Shown here one piece after another: positions 45,056-53,370 of a DNA stretch of 64,000 bases (its first letter is position 1; each line of letters starts with the position of its first letter). A program made the translations under genes and the position numbers. The stretch comes from Chloroflexota bacterium (GTDB lineage Bacteria > Chloroflexota > Anaerolineae > SpSt-313). Below the pieces are notes generated by a model. The model made no database searches. It worked only from the letters and a program-made list of their open reading frames with translations, and was not told where the DNA came from. The DNA lies in contig JAKPJZ010000034.1 in NCBI GenBank assembly GCA_029553955.1, positions 30,692-94,691 of the forward strand, read 5' to 3'.

Positions 45056-45799
45056 TTACACCTGCGCGGTCACCCGCTCCCGCCTGGCCGCCGCTTCGGC
45101 AAGCTCGCGCTCTACCTCGGCTAGCTCGCCTTCCGCTTCCAAGACGCGGGCCTGCTGCGCCTCTATGACCCCGCTCCCCGCCTGCTGTTCCTGCAGGGTA
45201 GCCAGGCGTTGCCTTTCGTTGCGCAGCCTGGACTGAGCGTTCAGCAGCGCACGCTCTCCGGGCGTAGGCGGCCGCTTGATGCCCAGGGCTTCCACGTCCA
45301 GGCCAGGAACCTGCAGCAGGGCGTTTTCAAGCTGGGCTATTGCTAGGTCAAGCTGTTTGACCGTGCAGCCGGTACCTACGGTCCGCATCCGTGCACCTCG
45401 GGCGCACAAGCGGCCCAGCTCGGCGCGCTTGGCGTCCGCTTTGGCCAGGGTCTCCCTGGCCGTCTGCAGCTGGCCATGGAGAGTGCCCAGGAGGTCAACG
45501 AACACCGCGTTAACCTTCTCGGCCTCGGCCTGGACCACCTGCCGCCGGCGCTCTTGTTCCTGGGCCTTGATGTGCTCAATCTGGCGGTCCATGGCCGCCA
45601 GGCCGGTACGCCCTACCCGCGCCTTGTGGGCCGCGGCTTCCATGTCGGCGGTCACGGCCGCGATGCTCTTGCCCTCGGCCAGCAGCTCGCCGGCTTGGGC
45701 CTCTGCGTCGCGGGCCGCCTGCTCCAGCCTGGCCACCTCGGCGGCCAGGGCCGCCCGGCGGGCTTGGAGGTCTTCTAGTGTGGGTGCGTTCTTCGCCAT
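45056..45799 (-). CDS. Coiled-coil hypothetical protein (element ORF, 247 aa)
   Basis: Ala/Glu/Gln/Arg-rich heptad-like sequence throughout. The start lies 6 nt after the upstream stop. Confidence 0.55.
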   Translation of the reverse strand: MAKNAPTLEDLQARRAALAAEVARLEQAARDAEAQAGELLAEGKSIAAVTADMEAAAHKARVGRTGLAAMDRQIEHIKAQEQERRRQVVQAEAEKVNAVFVDLLGTLHGQLQTARETLAKADAKRAELGRLCARGARMRTVGTGCTVKQLDLAIAQLENALLQVPGLDVEALGIKRPPTPGERALLNAQSRLRNERQRLATLQEQQAGSGVIEAQQARVLEAEGELAEVERELAEAAARRERVTAQV

Positions 45800-45805
45800 G
45801 ATGTG

Positions 45806-46147
45806 CTACCCTTTCTCTACAATGCGGCTCTCGCGCCGGTCGCGCACGTCGTGCCCGCGGATTTCCTCAAGGAGCTCTACCAGGTCTCTCTTGAGACCGT
45901 ACCACGCATTCCCTGGGCAGCGCTGCCCACTCCGCACCCAACGTTGCAGGGCGGCCAGCCTGTCTGGGAAGGCGAGCTCTGCCAGGCGCCGCGCCCTGCG
46001 CTGGGCGTCGGTGGCGTTCGCCGGCAAGGGCCGGTCTCTGACCTTGAGGAAGAGCAGTTGCAGCTCCCTCAGCTCTGCCTCTTGCTCCACGCGGGTAGGC
46101 GCCAGCCCTCCGCTGGTTGTCTTCATGTCTACGTCTGCGCGCTCCAT
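45806..46147 (-). CDS. Hypothetical protein (element ORF, 113 aa; alternative start 46126)
   Basis: Track ORF, tightly packed in the operon. No family recognised. Confidence 0.5.
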   Translation of the reverse strand: MERADVDMKTTSGGLAPTRVEQEAELRELQLLFLKVRDRPLPANATDAQRRARRLAELAFPDRLAALQRWVRSGQRCPGNAWYGLKRDLVELLEEIRGHDVRDRRESRIVEKG

Positions 46148-46542
46148 CGTCTCTGTCGTCCTTTCTTCCGGGGCCGCTGCCCCTCAGCCGGTCCTGTAAC
46201 GCTTCGTCCAAGTCCACCACCGTCGCCAACATCCAGCACCGCCGGCAACCAGTGGGGCCGCCGGTAGTGGTAGCGCCCCTTGACCAGCGGCAGGCCAAGC
46301 ATGGCGCCATCCGCCGCGTAGGTTAGCCACGATGTAGGAACCAGCTTCACGACACCGCTCTGTAGCAGGTCCGAGACGGCCCCCGCAAACGCATCATTCA
46401 CGCCGCTCCACAGCACCACGTTGTCATTGTCGCCCAGGGTCAACTGGCCGTCGCCGGCCATGTCAGCGCCTAGCGAGCGCTCAAGCTCTACAAAGCTCAC
46501 GTGGCGCCGCCCGCGCACCAGGTCAAGGATTCGCTGCTTCAT
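46129..46542 (-). CDS. Hypothetical protein (element ORF, 137 aa)
   Basis: The ATG at 46542 overlaps the primase-helicase stop (ATGA). Sequence begins MKQRILDLVRGRRHVSFVELERSL... Confidence 0.5.
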   Translation of the reverse strand: MKQRILDLVRGRRHVSFVELERSLGADMAGDGQLTLGDNDNVVLWSGVNDAFAGAVSDLLQSGVVKLVPTSWLTYAADGAMLGLPLVKGRYHYRRPHWLPAVLDVGDGGGLGRSVTGPAEGQRPRKKGRQRRWSAQT

Positions 46543-48938
46543 GCTGTCATCTCCTCGGCCCGCTCCTCGCAGAACGAGCAACATGCCTGCCCATCTGGGC
46601 CACGGCGCAGGGTGGGCAGGCCACAGTACGCGCAGTCCTCAGCCGTCGGCCCCCCCTCGGGCTCTACTGTCGTTACTGACGTTACTGACGTTTGTAGGAG
46701 AGGGTCAGGCAAAACGACTGCGTGTGTCTGCGCAAGTCGCTGCAGGTCTGAAAGGGTTACCACGCGCACGCGCTTGCTTGGATTACCTACCCGCTTGGGC
46801 TGCAAACGCATGCGCGACAATGCCTTGCCTACTGTACGGTTGTTGATCCAATCGCCGTCAGCGTCTTCTTCCTCGGCGGCCAGCTTCGTTGCCGCCGTGA
46901 TTGCGCTCACTGTCATTTGGTATTGTCGTTCTGCCTTACCCTCGGATGAAACGACAGTAATGACAGTAACGTCAGTAACGACAGTAACCCCACGCTCTGC
47001 ATCGCCTGCCAACCTGAGCAGTGCTTGTGCCACGAACCTGCCTATACCTGTCTGCTCTAGCTCGCGGCGCTCGCTCTGGTAGCTCTGCGCCAAAGTGTGC
47101 AGGCGGTCGAACAGGCCCGCCGCGCCGCGCTCTTGCAGCCATAGGGCCACGGCCAGGATTGCCCGCCAGGGCTCCAGTGTCCGGCCCATCAGCGCACATT
47201 CCGCGCCGACTCGCTCATCGTAGGCGGGCAGATCGGGCAGGCTGGCCAGGCCCAGCGCCCACAGGTCGCTGAGCAGCTTCTTGCGGTCATGCGGCCAGCG
47301 GCCATACTCTAGGGGATCGCTGTTGGCCTTCTGGCGGTCGATTGTCCGCACCAGGGGCACCACCACGCTGCGCGATGCCAGCACCGCGTCGGGCACGTTG
47401 ATTGCCGAGAACAGTCGGGGGCAGTAGGTGCTCACGTGTCGCGTTACCCACGTACGATCACCAGCGGGTTCCTTCATGGGCACGCTGCTTCCCCGGCGGT
47501 TGCCGGCCAACAGCAGGGTCCGCTTGTCAGGGTCACACTTCTTGGGGTCCGAGAGCGCTTCAGCGTCGTCGAAGCCCAGGGTCGCGCCATAGTCGGCGAG
47601 ATCACGCAGGGCAGCGAACGTGCCCCCGCTCTGGATCACGTGCCCCAGGTAGGCGAGCTCGCAGATCAAGACCAGGAGTTGTGTCTTGCCGGAGCCCGAC
47701 TCGCCGTTGGGCCATAGGTAGCCGAACACCTGAAACGCATCCTGTAGCCACGTGGCCAGGATGTAGGCGGCCACCATCTCACACATGGTGCGTTGATCGC
47801 CCAGGCTGCGGTCAAAGTCGATGAAGCGGTCCACCACGTCGGCCACCCGCCGGAACACGTCCACGGGGTCGGGCCGCTGGCCGGCGCGGTACGCTTTGAC
47901 GCCCGCCGCGCTCCAGCCCTTGCCGTCCATAACTACCTCCGGCAGGTGCGCATCGATGCCCAGGTCGTCCATGGGCCGGTCGCCACCGTCGCCGAAGATC
48001 ACCCCATCGTCACGGATCACAAACAGCCGCCGCGCCCTGGTGACTGTAGGCGGGTTCAACCTCAACACCTGCCCGCTCTTCTCATCCAGCCGTTCCGTGA
48101 CCGTCGTTTCGGTCCACAGCCACGCCGCCGCGTAGCTCCTGCCTTCGATCAAGGCCAGGGGGCGACGCATGACCAATGGCGCGTCGTCGAGCAGCCGCAC
48201 CTGTGGGGGCGCCGCCTGGGGAAGGGGCCGGGGCGCTTCGATCAGCGCCTCAAGCTCCTGCACCGTGTGGCCGGCGGCCAGGTAGTCGTCTACGCCAATC
48301 TTGCCGTTGCCGTTGGCCGGCAGGTACACCCGGCCCACGTGGGCGCCCTTGCGTTGCAGGTGCTCGGTCAGCCGCTCAAGCGCCTGCTGCACCTCGCGCT
48401 TCGTCATCACGTCCGAGTCGAAGCAGATCACCACGTCGCGCGCGTTCAACGCGATGTAGTCAAAGTCGGCCAAGAGGGTCACGCCACCAGCGGCATTCTT
48501 GCCAACAAAGTTCCACACGCCCAGCAGCGCCACAGCACACAGCCCTTGCGATGCCAGGCTGTCGGCTTTCTTCTGGCCCTCGGTGATCCACAGCCGCACC
48601 GAGGGGTCCGCCAACATCGGGCGGCATGGTGGCGGGCAGTCCAGCCGTGTGCTCGTACCCTTAGGCACCTCGTACTTGATCGCCTTGTCTTGCCCGGTCT
48701 TGCGGTCATGGACAACGCGCGGATTGTCGGGCCGGTAGACGTTCAGCCCGTTGTGGCCGTCGGTTGTCCACAAGGGCAAGAGCAGGCCAGGCACCCGGCA
48801 TTGCGAGGGAACAAAGCCCAGCTTGCGCAGATCGGCGGGGTCGTCGATGGTCCGGTAACCGCGCGCCTGGATCACCGCATCAGCGATGCCCGACTCGTCT
48901 CGTAGCATCTTCAAATGGAGATCGGAAACGTCAGCCAT
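46539..48938 (-). CDS. Toprim (DUF3854-like) primase domain fused to a P-loop NTPase/helicase, with a C-terminal zinc finger
   Basis: LWITEGQKKADSL is the Toprim Glu and VVICFDSD the DxD. Walker A is NGESGSGKT. The C-terminus reads CAYCGLPTLRRGPDGQACCSFC. Confidence 0.8.
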   Translation of the reverse strand: MADVSDLHLKMLRDESGIADAVIQARGYRTIDDPADLRKLGFVPSQCRVPGLLLPLWTTDGHNGLNVYRPDNPRVVHDRKTGQDKAIKYEVPKGTSTRLDCPPPCRPMLADPSVRLWITEGQKKADSLASQGLCAVALLGVWNFVGKNAAGGVTLLADFDYIALNARDVVICFDSDVMTKREVQQALERLTEHLQRKGAHVGRVYLPANGNGKIGVDDYLAAGHTVQELEALIEAPRPLPQAAPPQVRLLDDAPLVMRRPLALIEGRSYAAAWLWTETTVTERLDEKSGQVLRLNPPTVTRARRLFVIRDDGVIFGDGGDRPMDDLGIDAHLPEVVMDGKGWSAAGVKAYRAGQRPDPVDVFRRVADVVDRFIDFDRSLGDQRTMCEMVAAYILATWLQDAFQVFGYLWPNGESGSGKTQLLVLICELAYLGHVIQSGGTFAALRDLADYGATLGFDDAEALSDPKKCDPDKRTLLLAGNRRGSSVPMKEPAGDRTWVTRHVSTYCPRLFSAINVPDAVLASRSVVVPLVRTIDRQKANSDPLEYGRWPHDRKKLLSDLWALGLASLPDLPAYDERVGAECALMGRTLEPWRAILAVALWLQERGAAGLFDRLHTLAQSYQSERRELEQTGIGRFVAQALLRLAGDAERGVTVVTDVTVITVVSSEGKAERQYQMTVSAITAATKLAAEEEDADGDWINNRTVGKALSRMRLQPKRVGNPSKRVRVVTLSDLQRLAQTHAVVLPDPLLQTSVTSVTTVEPEGGPTAEDCAYCGLPTLRRGPDGQACCSFCEERAEEMTA
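46664..46689. repeat. Iteron-like cluster A: CTACTGTC-GTTACTGAC-GTTACTGAC
   Basis: Direct reading. Lies inside the 3' end of the primase-helicase CDS. Confidence 0.8.
46951..46986. repeat. Iteron-like cluster B: four 9-nt units ACGACAGTA-ATGACAGTA-ACGTCAGTA-ACGACAGTA (reverse complement of cluster A units)
   Basis: GTCAGTAAC is the reverse complement of GTTACTGAC. The clusters are inverted and about 260 bp apart. Confidence 0.8.
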
Positions 48939-48968
48939 GGCGCCCCCTACTCAAACAGGCTGGCCTGG

Positions 48969-49181
48969 TCACTGCTGCACCCCCTCGGCTGCGAGGTGTT
49001 CGCGCAGCCGCCGGCGCTCGCCTTCGGCAATCTCGTTGAGCAGGGAATCGCCAAAGCGCAGCCGTGTCATTTCCTTCGTGATGTGCTCAGCCACCAAGCG
49101 GGCCAGTTGGGGGTCAGCGCTGCGCCCGATGGGAATCAGCGCGCCTTGCTCACTGCGCCTGCAGAGCTGGACTTCTAGCAT
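48969..49181 (-). CDS. Small hypothetical protein (element ORF, 70 aa)
   Basis: Track ORF that fills the gap between two element genes. Confidence 0.4.
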   Translation of the reverse strand: MLEVQLCRRSEQGALIPIGRSADPQLARLVAEHITKEMTRLRFGDSLLNEIAEGERRRLREHLAAEGVQQ

Positions 49182-49267
49182 GTTGCCCTCCCTGGAATCA
49201 AAACGGCCCAGTCCAAAGACTGGGCCAGCGTTTCGCTCTCTACTATGTACCAGGGTAGGCTGTGACG

Positions 49268-50356
49268 TTATGGCATGGCGGTCGTTTGCAGCAGATCGCA
49301 GACTTTGCGTTTCGCTCGTGACCGCCGCTGGCGCGTGGCGTCGTCGGTTGCGTCGCTCTGCAGCGCCTCACGCTCTAGGGGGGTCAGCTTCCCCAGGATG
49401 GGCGCGAGCTCCTGCAACAAGCGAAGCTGCTCCATGGTCAGGCCGGCCGCCGCCCCCAGTTGGGCCGCCATCTCGGCCTCCAGCTTCAGGGCCTCGGGCG
49501 TGTCTTCGTCGGGCAAAGGGGCCTCTTGGCGCCCTCGGTATTCGTCCAGTGTGGCGCCATCGAGCAGGGCCTGCTCGATCCGCGCTCGCACCTGGCGGCG
49601 CAACCACCGGTATGCATAGTCCAGGTTGAGATTGTCCGGTATTTCGCGCCCAGCCATGTACAGCGCCGGACTGGCCGCCATGCGCCAGGCGCTCGCAAAG
49701 CTCAGGCTGACCCCCTCCGGCCCGGCCTCGGCCCGGTACTGCTGGAAGGCCGGCTCAAGCAACGCCCAGCGTCGGGTGTGGAACACCGCCCCCCGCTGAA
49801 AGTAGCGCTCCAGCAGGCGGTCGAGCGCCGCCTGGACGGCCTCGGGGTCGTCATTGCTCCGCAGAATGAGCACGTCCCCTTGAAAGCGCCCCGGTTGGAA
49901 GGGCTCGGCCAACCGAATGAGCGCTCCTAGATCGGGTAGATTCAGCGTTTCCAGCACAGGCGCCAGGTCGCGCATGAGCTCGGCGCATTTCGTGGCCACG
50001 CGGGCGAGATCGGCAAACGCTTGCCGGGTGGGGCTAGCGATGCTCGCCGCCGTTGCCGCCACCTCGTTTACGATGTCCTTGATCAGCCTTTGCTCAGCGT
50101 TGCCCACGAAAAGACCGCCCTTTCCGTTTGCCGGTAGGCGGTCTTCGTGGTACACTATACCCGTCAGCCGCCCGCACCGGTTGACCATGCCCCAGACGCC
50201 GCTAACGTCGTGGGGCTTTTCCCTTGTCGCAGAGTCTACACGATTCGCGCCAAGTCCGCAAGCGACTCGCTCGCCCGTTCTGCCGGCGCAAGGGGCCGGC
50301 CACGACGGGCAGGCCAGCACCGGCCCGCTGGCGATGTAGTAGCTCTGTTTCTTCAT
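49268..50356 (-). CDS. Hypothetical protein with a possible sigma-70 region-4-like C-terminal HTH
   Basis: The start overlaps the integrase stop by 4 nt. The C-terminal LTPLEREALQSDATDDATRQRRSRAKRKV resembles region 4.2 (weak). Confidence 0.5.
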   Translation of the reverse strand: MKKQSYYIASGPVLACPSWPAPCAGRTGERVACGLGANRVDSATREKPHDVSGVWGMVNRCGRLTGIVYHEDRLPANGKGGLFVGNAEQRLIKDIVNEVAATAASIASPTRQAFADLARVATKCAELMRDLAPVLETLNLPDLGALIRLAEPFQPGRFQGDVLILRSNDDPEAVQAALDRLLERYFQRGAVFHTRRWALLEPAFQQYRAEAGPEGVSLSFASAWRMAASPALYMAGREIPDNLNLDYAYRWLRRQVRARIEQALLDGATLDEYRGRQEAPLPDEDTPEALKLEAEMAAQLGAAAGLTMEQLRLLQELAPILGKLTPLEREALQSDATDDATRQRRSRAKRKVCDLLQTTAMP

Positions 50357-51291
50357 AGCAGCTTATCCGCCGGCGAGTGGGCCGCGTGCGCCCGCTCCAC
50401 ATCTTCACCAGTCAGGGCTAGGTATCTTTGCAGCACGGTTAGGCTTGAGTGGCCCATGAGCAGCCGTAAGCTGTGCAAGTCCATACCATCGCGCAGGCAC
50501 CAGAGGGCGAAGGTTCGCCGGAAGCGGTGTGGCCCGCAGGGGCTCACCCCAGCTGCCCGCCCGAGACGTACCAGAGCCGTCTGCAGGCCGTGGACACTGA
50601 GCGCGCCACACTCGCAGCCTTGGAGGTCATAGGCCGGCCAGAGGGCCGCCCTGGGCGAAGGCTCGCCTCGATACGCCATGAGGCGCAGAATGGCCGCCCG
50701 CGCCTTGTTGCCCACTCTCACCTGTCGCTGCTTGCGCCCTTTGCCCAGCACCACCGCCAAGCCGGTACGCATGTCCACATCGCCCACCCGCAGGGCCACG
50801 CACTCCGCCGCCCGCAGGCCGGTATCGAGCAGCACCAGGATAAGGGCATAGTTGCGCGCACCGGTCGCCGTTTTGCGGTCGCAGGCGGTCAGCAGCTTGT
50901 GTACCTCTTCAGGGGTGAAAGGCGGTGGGACTCTCTGCTCTAATCGGGGCATGGCAACACGGGCCATAGGCGACTCGCTCAAGTCGCCCTCTCTCACCAG
51001 CCAATTGAGCCAGGCTTTGATACCACGGGCGTGGGCGTGTTGGGTGGTATCTTTGACGCCACGCTCCTGTATGCTCACCAGGTAGGCGCGCACATGGCCG
51101 GCTTTGATGTGGGCCACATCTCGGACGTCTTGGGCCTTCAACCAGGCCACAAAGCCGCCGACGGTGTATCGGTAGTGTTCGAGGGTCTTGGGTGTGCAGC
51201 GTGCGGCTTGCCTATCCAACAGGAAGCCCTGTAACGCCGCGTCAAGTGGTGAAAACTTGAGGATGTGCAGCGTAAGATGCTCAGCAGACAT
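50353..51291 (-). CDS. Tyrosine recombinase/integrase (XerC/D-like)
   Basis: Catalytic pattern LLDTGLRAAE (Arg), GKGRKQR (Lys), HRFRRTF (HxxR) and MGHSSLTVLQRY (His...Tyr). Confidence 0.9.
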   Translation of the reverse strand: MSAEHLTLHILKFSPLDAALQGFLLDRQAARCTPKTLEHYRYTVGGFVAWLKAQDVRDVAHIKAGHVRAYLVSIQERGVKDTTQHAHARGIKAWLNWLVREGDLSESPMARVAMPRLEQRVPPPFTPEEVHKLLTACDRKTATGARNYALILVLLDTGLRAAECVALRVGDVDMRTGLAVVLGKGRKQRQVRVGNKARAAILRLMAYRGEPSPRAALWPAYDLQGCECGALSVHGLQTALVRLGRAAGVSPCGPHRFRRTFALWCLRDGMDLHSLRLLMGHSSLTVLQRYLALTGEDVERAHAAHSPADKLL

Positions 51292-51364
51292 GAAAAAAGC
51301 CCTCCCTCCTGTTACCCACTACTAGTAGTAGGTTGCAGGTCAGAGGGCTACTACATCTTGTGTA

Positions 51365-51436
51365 AGCGGGAGACGAGATTTGAACTCGCGACAGCCTGCT
51401 TGGAAGGCAGGAGCTCTACCACTGAGCTACTCCCGC
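51365..51436 (-). tRNA. tRNA-Gly (anticodon UCC)
   Basis: The reverse complement GCGGGAG-TA-GCTC-AGTGGTA-GAGC-T-CCTGC-CTTCCAA-GCAGG-CTGTC-GCGAG-TTCAAAT-CTCGT-CTCCCGC-T folds as a 72-nt cloverleaf. No CCA is encoded. Confidence 0.9.
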
Positions 51437-51442
51437 GTGCAG

Positions 51443-51516
51443 TCGGGGCGAGAGGACTTGAACCTCCGACTTCAGCGTCCCAAACGCTGCGCGCTACCAA
51501 TCTGCGCCACGCCCCG
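51443..51516 (-). tRNA. tRNA-Pro (anticodon UGG)
   Basis: The reverse complement CGGGGCG-TG-GCGC-AGATTGGTA-GCGC-G-CAGCG-TTTGGGA-CGCTG-AAGTC-GGAGG-TTCAAGT-CCTCT-CGCCCCG-A is 74 nt. Confidence 0.9.
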
Positions 51517-51526
51517 TCTGGCTATG

Positions 51527-51555
51527 AGTATAATCAGAACCCCGTGCCTGGTCAA
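51527..51555 (-). promoter_or_regulatory. Promoter of the tRNA-Pro/tRNA-Gly pair (TTGACC-N17-TATACT)
   Basis: The minus strand reads cTTGACCaggcacggggttctgatTATACTcatagccaga, followed by the tRNA-Pro 5' end. Confidence 0.6.
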
Positions 51556-51902
51556 GCAGCCGCCAGGCACGGGGTGTATCCCAGAATCGTCGGTGCATTT
51601 CTGGCCCGAATGATGCGTATGGTCTCGGCGTCTGCCGCCCACGCCCGAGGCTCCCGTGGTAAGCCTCGGGCTACAGAAACAAAGCCCCTATGGGGCTGGT
51701 GTCGCCCCTGAACGCCGTGATCTCGGGAGACACGCGCCCACGGCGGCAAGCAGCCGAGGTCAAGCGTAGACGATTCGAAGCGCACGAGCCCGCAGGGCTT
51801 TGTCTCTGTAGCCCGAGGCTTGACGGGAGCCTCGGGCGGAGCGGCGTGCGCAACGTATGCCTGTTGCACAGACGATTGTGGGATACACCCGCGGGCATGG
51901 TT

Positions 51903-51952
51903 GAACCACGAAGGACACAAAGGACAGGTTCCCTTTGTGTCCTTCGTGGTTC
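51903..51952. repeat. Perfect 21-bp hairpin of the CACGAAGG-ACACAAAGG type
   Basis: GAACCACGAAGGACACAAAGG-acaggttc-CCTTTGTGTCCTTCGTGGTTC. Overlaps the stop of the 51951 CDS. Confidence 0.85.
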
Positions 51953-53066
51953 AGCCTCGTCCCTCCAGCGCCTCTCCGTACACCTCCTCCACGCGCTGCA
52001 CCATACGCTCGAGGCCGAATTCGCGCTGGGCGCGGGCGCGGGCGTGGGCGCCGAGGCGACGGCGGTGCTCGGGGTCGCTGAGCAGGTCGCGGCAGGCGCG
52101 GGCGAGCGCCTGCGGGTCGCGTGGGGGCACGACAAGGCCCGTCTCGCCGTGGCGGTTGACAAACGAGGTGCCGGTGCCGAGCTCGGTCGAGACCACCGGC
52201 AGCCCGGCGGCCATGGCCTCGACTTGCACCAGGCCGTAGGCCTCGCTGCGTTCGCAGGCCGGCAGGACGAAGAGGTCGGCGGCGTGGTAGCAGGCGGGCA
52301 GGCCGGCGTCGGCCACGTCGCCCAGCCAGGACACACGCCCGGCCACGCCCAGTTCGCCCGCGAGCGCCTGCCACTCGGCGGCCATGGACCCCGTGCCCAC
52401 GACCGCCAGGTGCGCGCCGGGCAGGTCGGCGAGGGCGCGCAGCAGGTACTGCAGGCCCTTGTAGTAGCGCAGCCGGCCCACGAAAAGCAGCAGCGGCCGC
52501 CCGAGCTGCGCCCGCCGGCGGGCCACCTGCGCCGGGTCCGCCGCCTCGAAGCGCGCGGTGTCGATGCCCAGCGGCACCAGGCGGCAGCGATCCGTCACCG
52601 GCTTGAGGAAGGGCGAGGTCGCGAGGTAGGCCGGGCTGGTGACGATGATGCGCTGGGCGGCGCGCAGCGCGCGGCGCAGCGCGGGGGCGTAGAGGGCGAG
52701 AATGCGGCGCTGCCTGACCACGTCGGACTGGTAGCTGATCACCGTCGCCCGCGCGCGGCCCCACAGCCGGTTGGCCAGCTCGCCCACGGGGTAGGGCGAC
52801 TGCACGTGGGCCACGTCGGGCCGCAGCCGCGCCAGCTCGCGGGCCAGCGCCAGGCTGAGCGGCGTCGAGGCCACCGTGGCCAGGCGGCCGGCCTTGATCA
52901 CCTGCACGCCGTTCAGTTCCTCGCGCACGGTGCGCCGGCTGGGGTCGGTCACGAGCACCGTCACCTCGTGGCCGCGTCGCGCCTGCGCCTCGGCGAGGGC
53001 GCGCAGGTGGTTCTCGATGCCGCCGAGCACCGGGAAGTAGTCTTTGTAGATGTGGAGGATCCTCAA
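51951..53066 (-). CDS. Glycosyltransferase family 4 (GT-B)
   Basis: MRILHIYKDYFPVLGGIENHLRALAEAQARRGHEVTVL, with a C-terminal E-x7-E-type region (ERSEAYGLVQVEAMAAGLPVV). Confidence 0.85.
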   Translation of the reverse strand: MRILHIYKDYFPVLGGIENHLRALAEAQARRGHEVTVLVTDPSRRTVREELNGVQVIKAGRLATVASTPLSLALARELARLRPDVAHVQSPYPVGELANRLWGRARATVISYQSDVVRQRRILALYAPALRRALRAAQRIIVTSPAYLATSPFLKPVTDRCRLVPLGIDTARFEAADPAQVARRRAQLGRPLLLFVGRLRYYKGLQYLLRALADLPGAHLAVVGTGSMAAEWQALAGELGVAGRVSWLGDVADAGLPACYHAADLFVLPACERSEAYGLVQVEAMAAGLPVVSTELGTGTSFVNRHGETGLVVPPRDPQALARACRDLLSDPEHRRRLGAHARARAQREFGLERMVQRVEEVYGEALEGRG

Positions 53067-53210
53067 GTCAGTCCCTCATGCCCGATTGGGCGCAACGTAG
53101 CACGAAAACGCCCACAGGGGGCTAGGCTACGGGTTGGCGCGCGTTTTCAGATCCGTCCTACCACAGTAGCCGGGTATCCTGCCACGCGCCCGCCCGGGCC
53201 CAACCCGGGA

Positions 53211-53370
53211 GGGGGTTTCTTGAGGTTGTCGGGCGTCGCGTGGCCCGCCCGCGGGCGGGCCACGCGACGCCCGACAACCTCAAGAAACCCCCTGAACAGG
53301 GAACCACACCGGGCGGATGCGAAGCGCCGTCCCGGCAGCGCCGGGAGCCCGGGCGGTTCCCGAACCGCCC
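53211..53370. repeat. Composite intergenic element (palindrome 53211-53292 with apex GGCCCGCCCGCGGGCGGGCC, plus a CCGGG-rich tail)
   Basis: Direct reading. Confidence 0.85.

Larger units (their letters stand above)
44448..51428 (-). mobile_element. ~6.9 kb integrative element in tRNA-Gly (integrase, primase-helicase and five unknown ORFs, all on the minus strand)
   Basis: A 42-nt direct repeat at both ends. The integrase lies next to the intact tRNA. Element-internal ends are inverted repeats (44493-44506 ACCACAAGATGTAG; 51347-51360 CTACATCTTGTGT). Confidence 0.8.
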
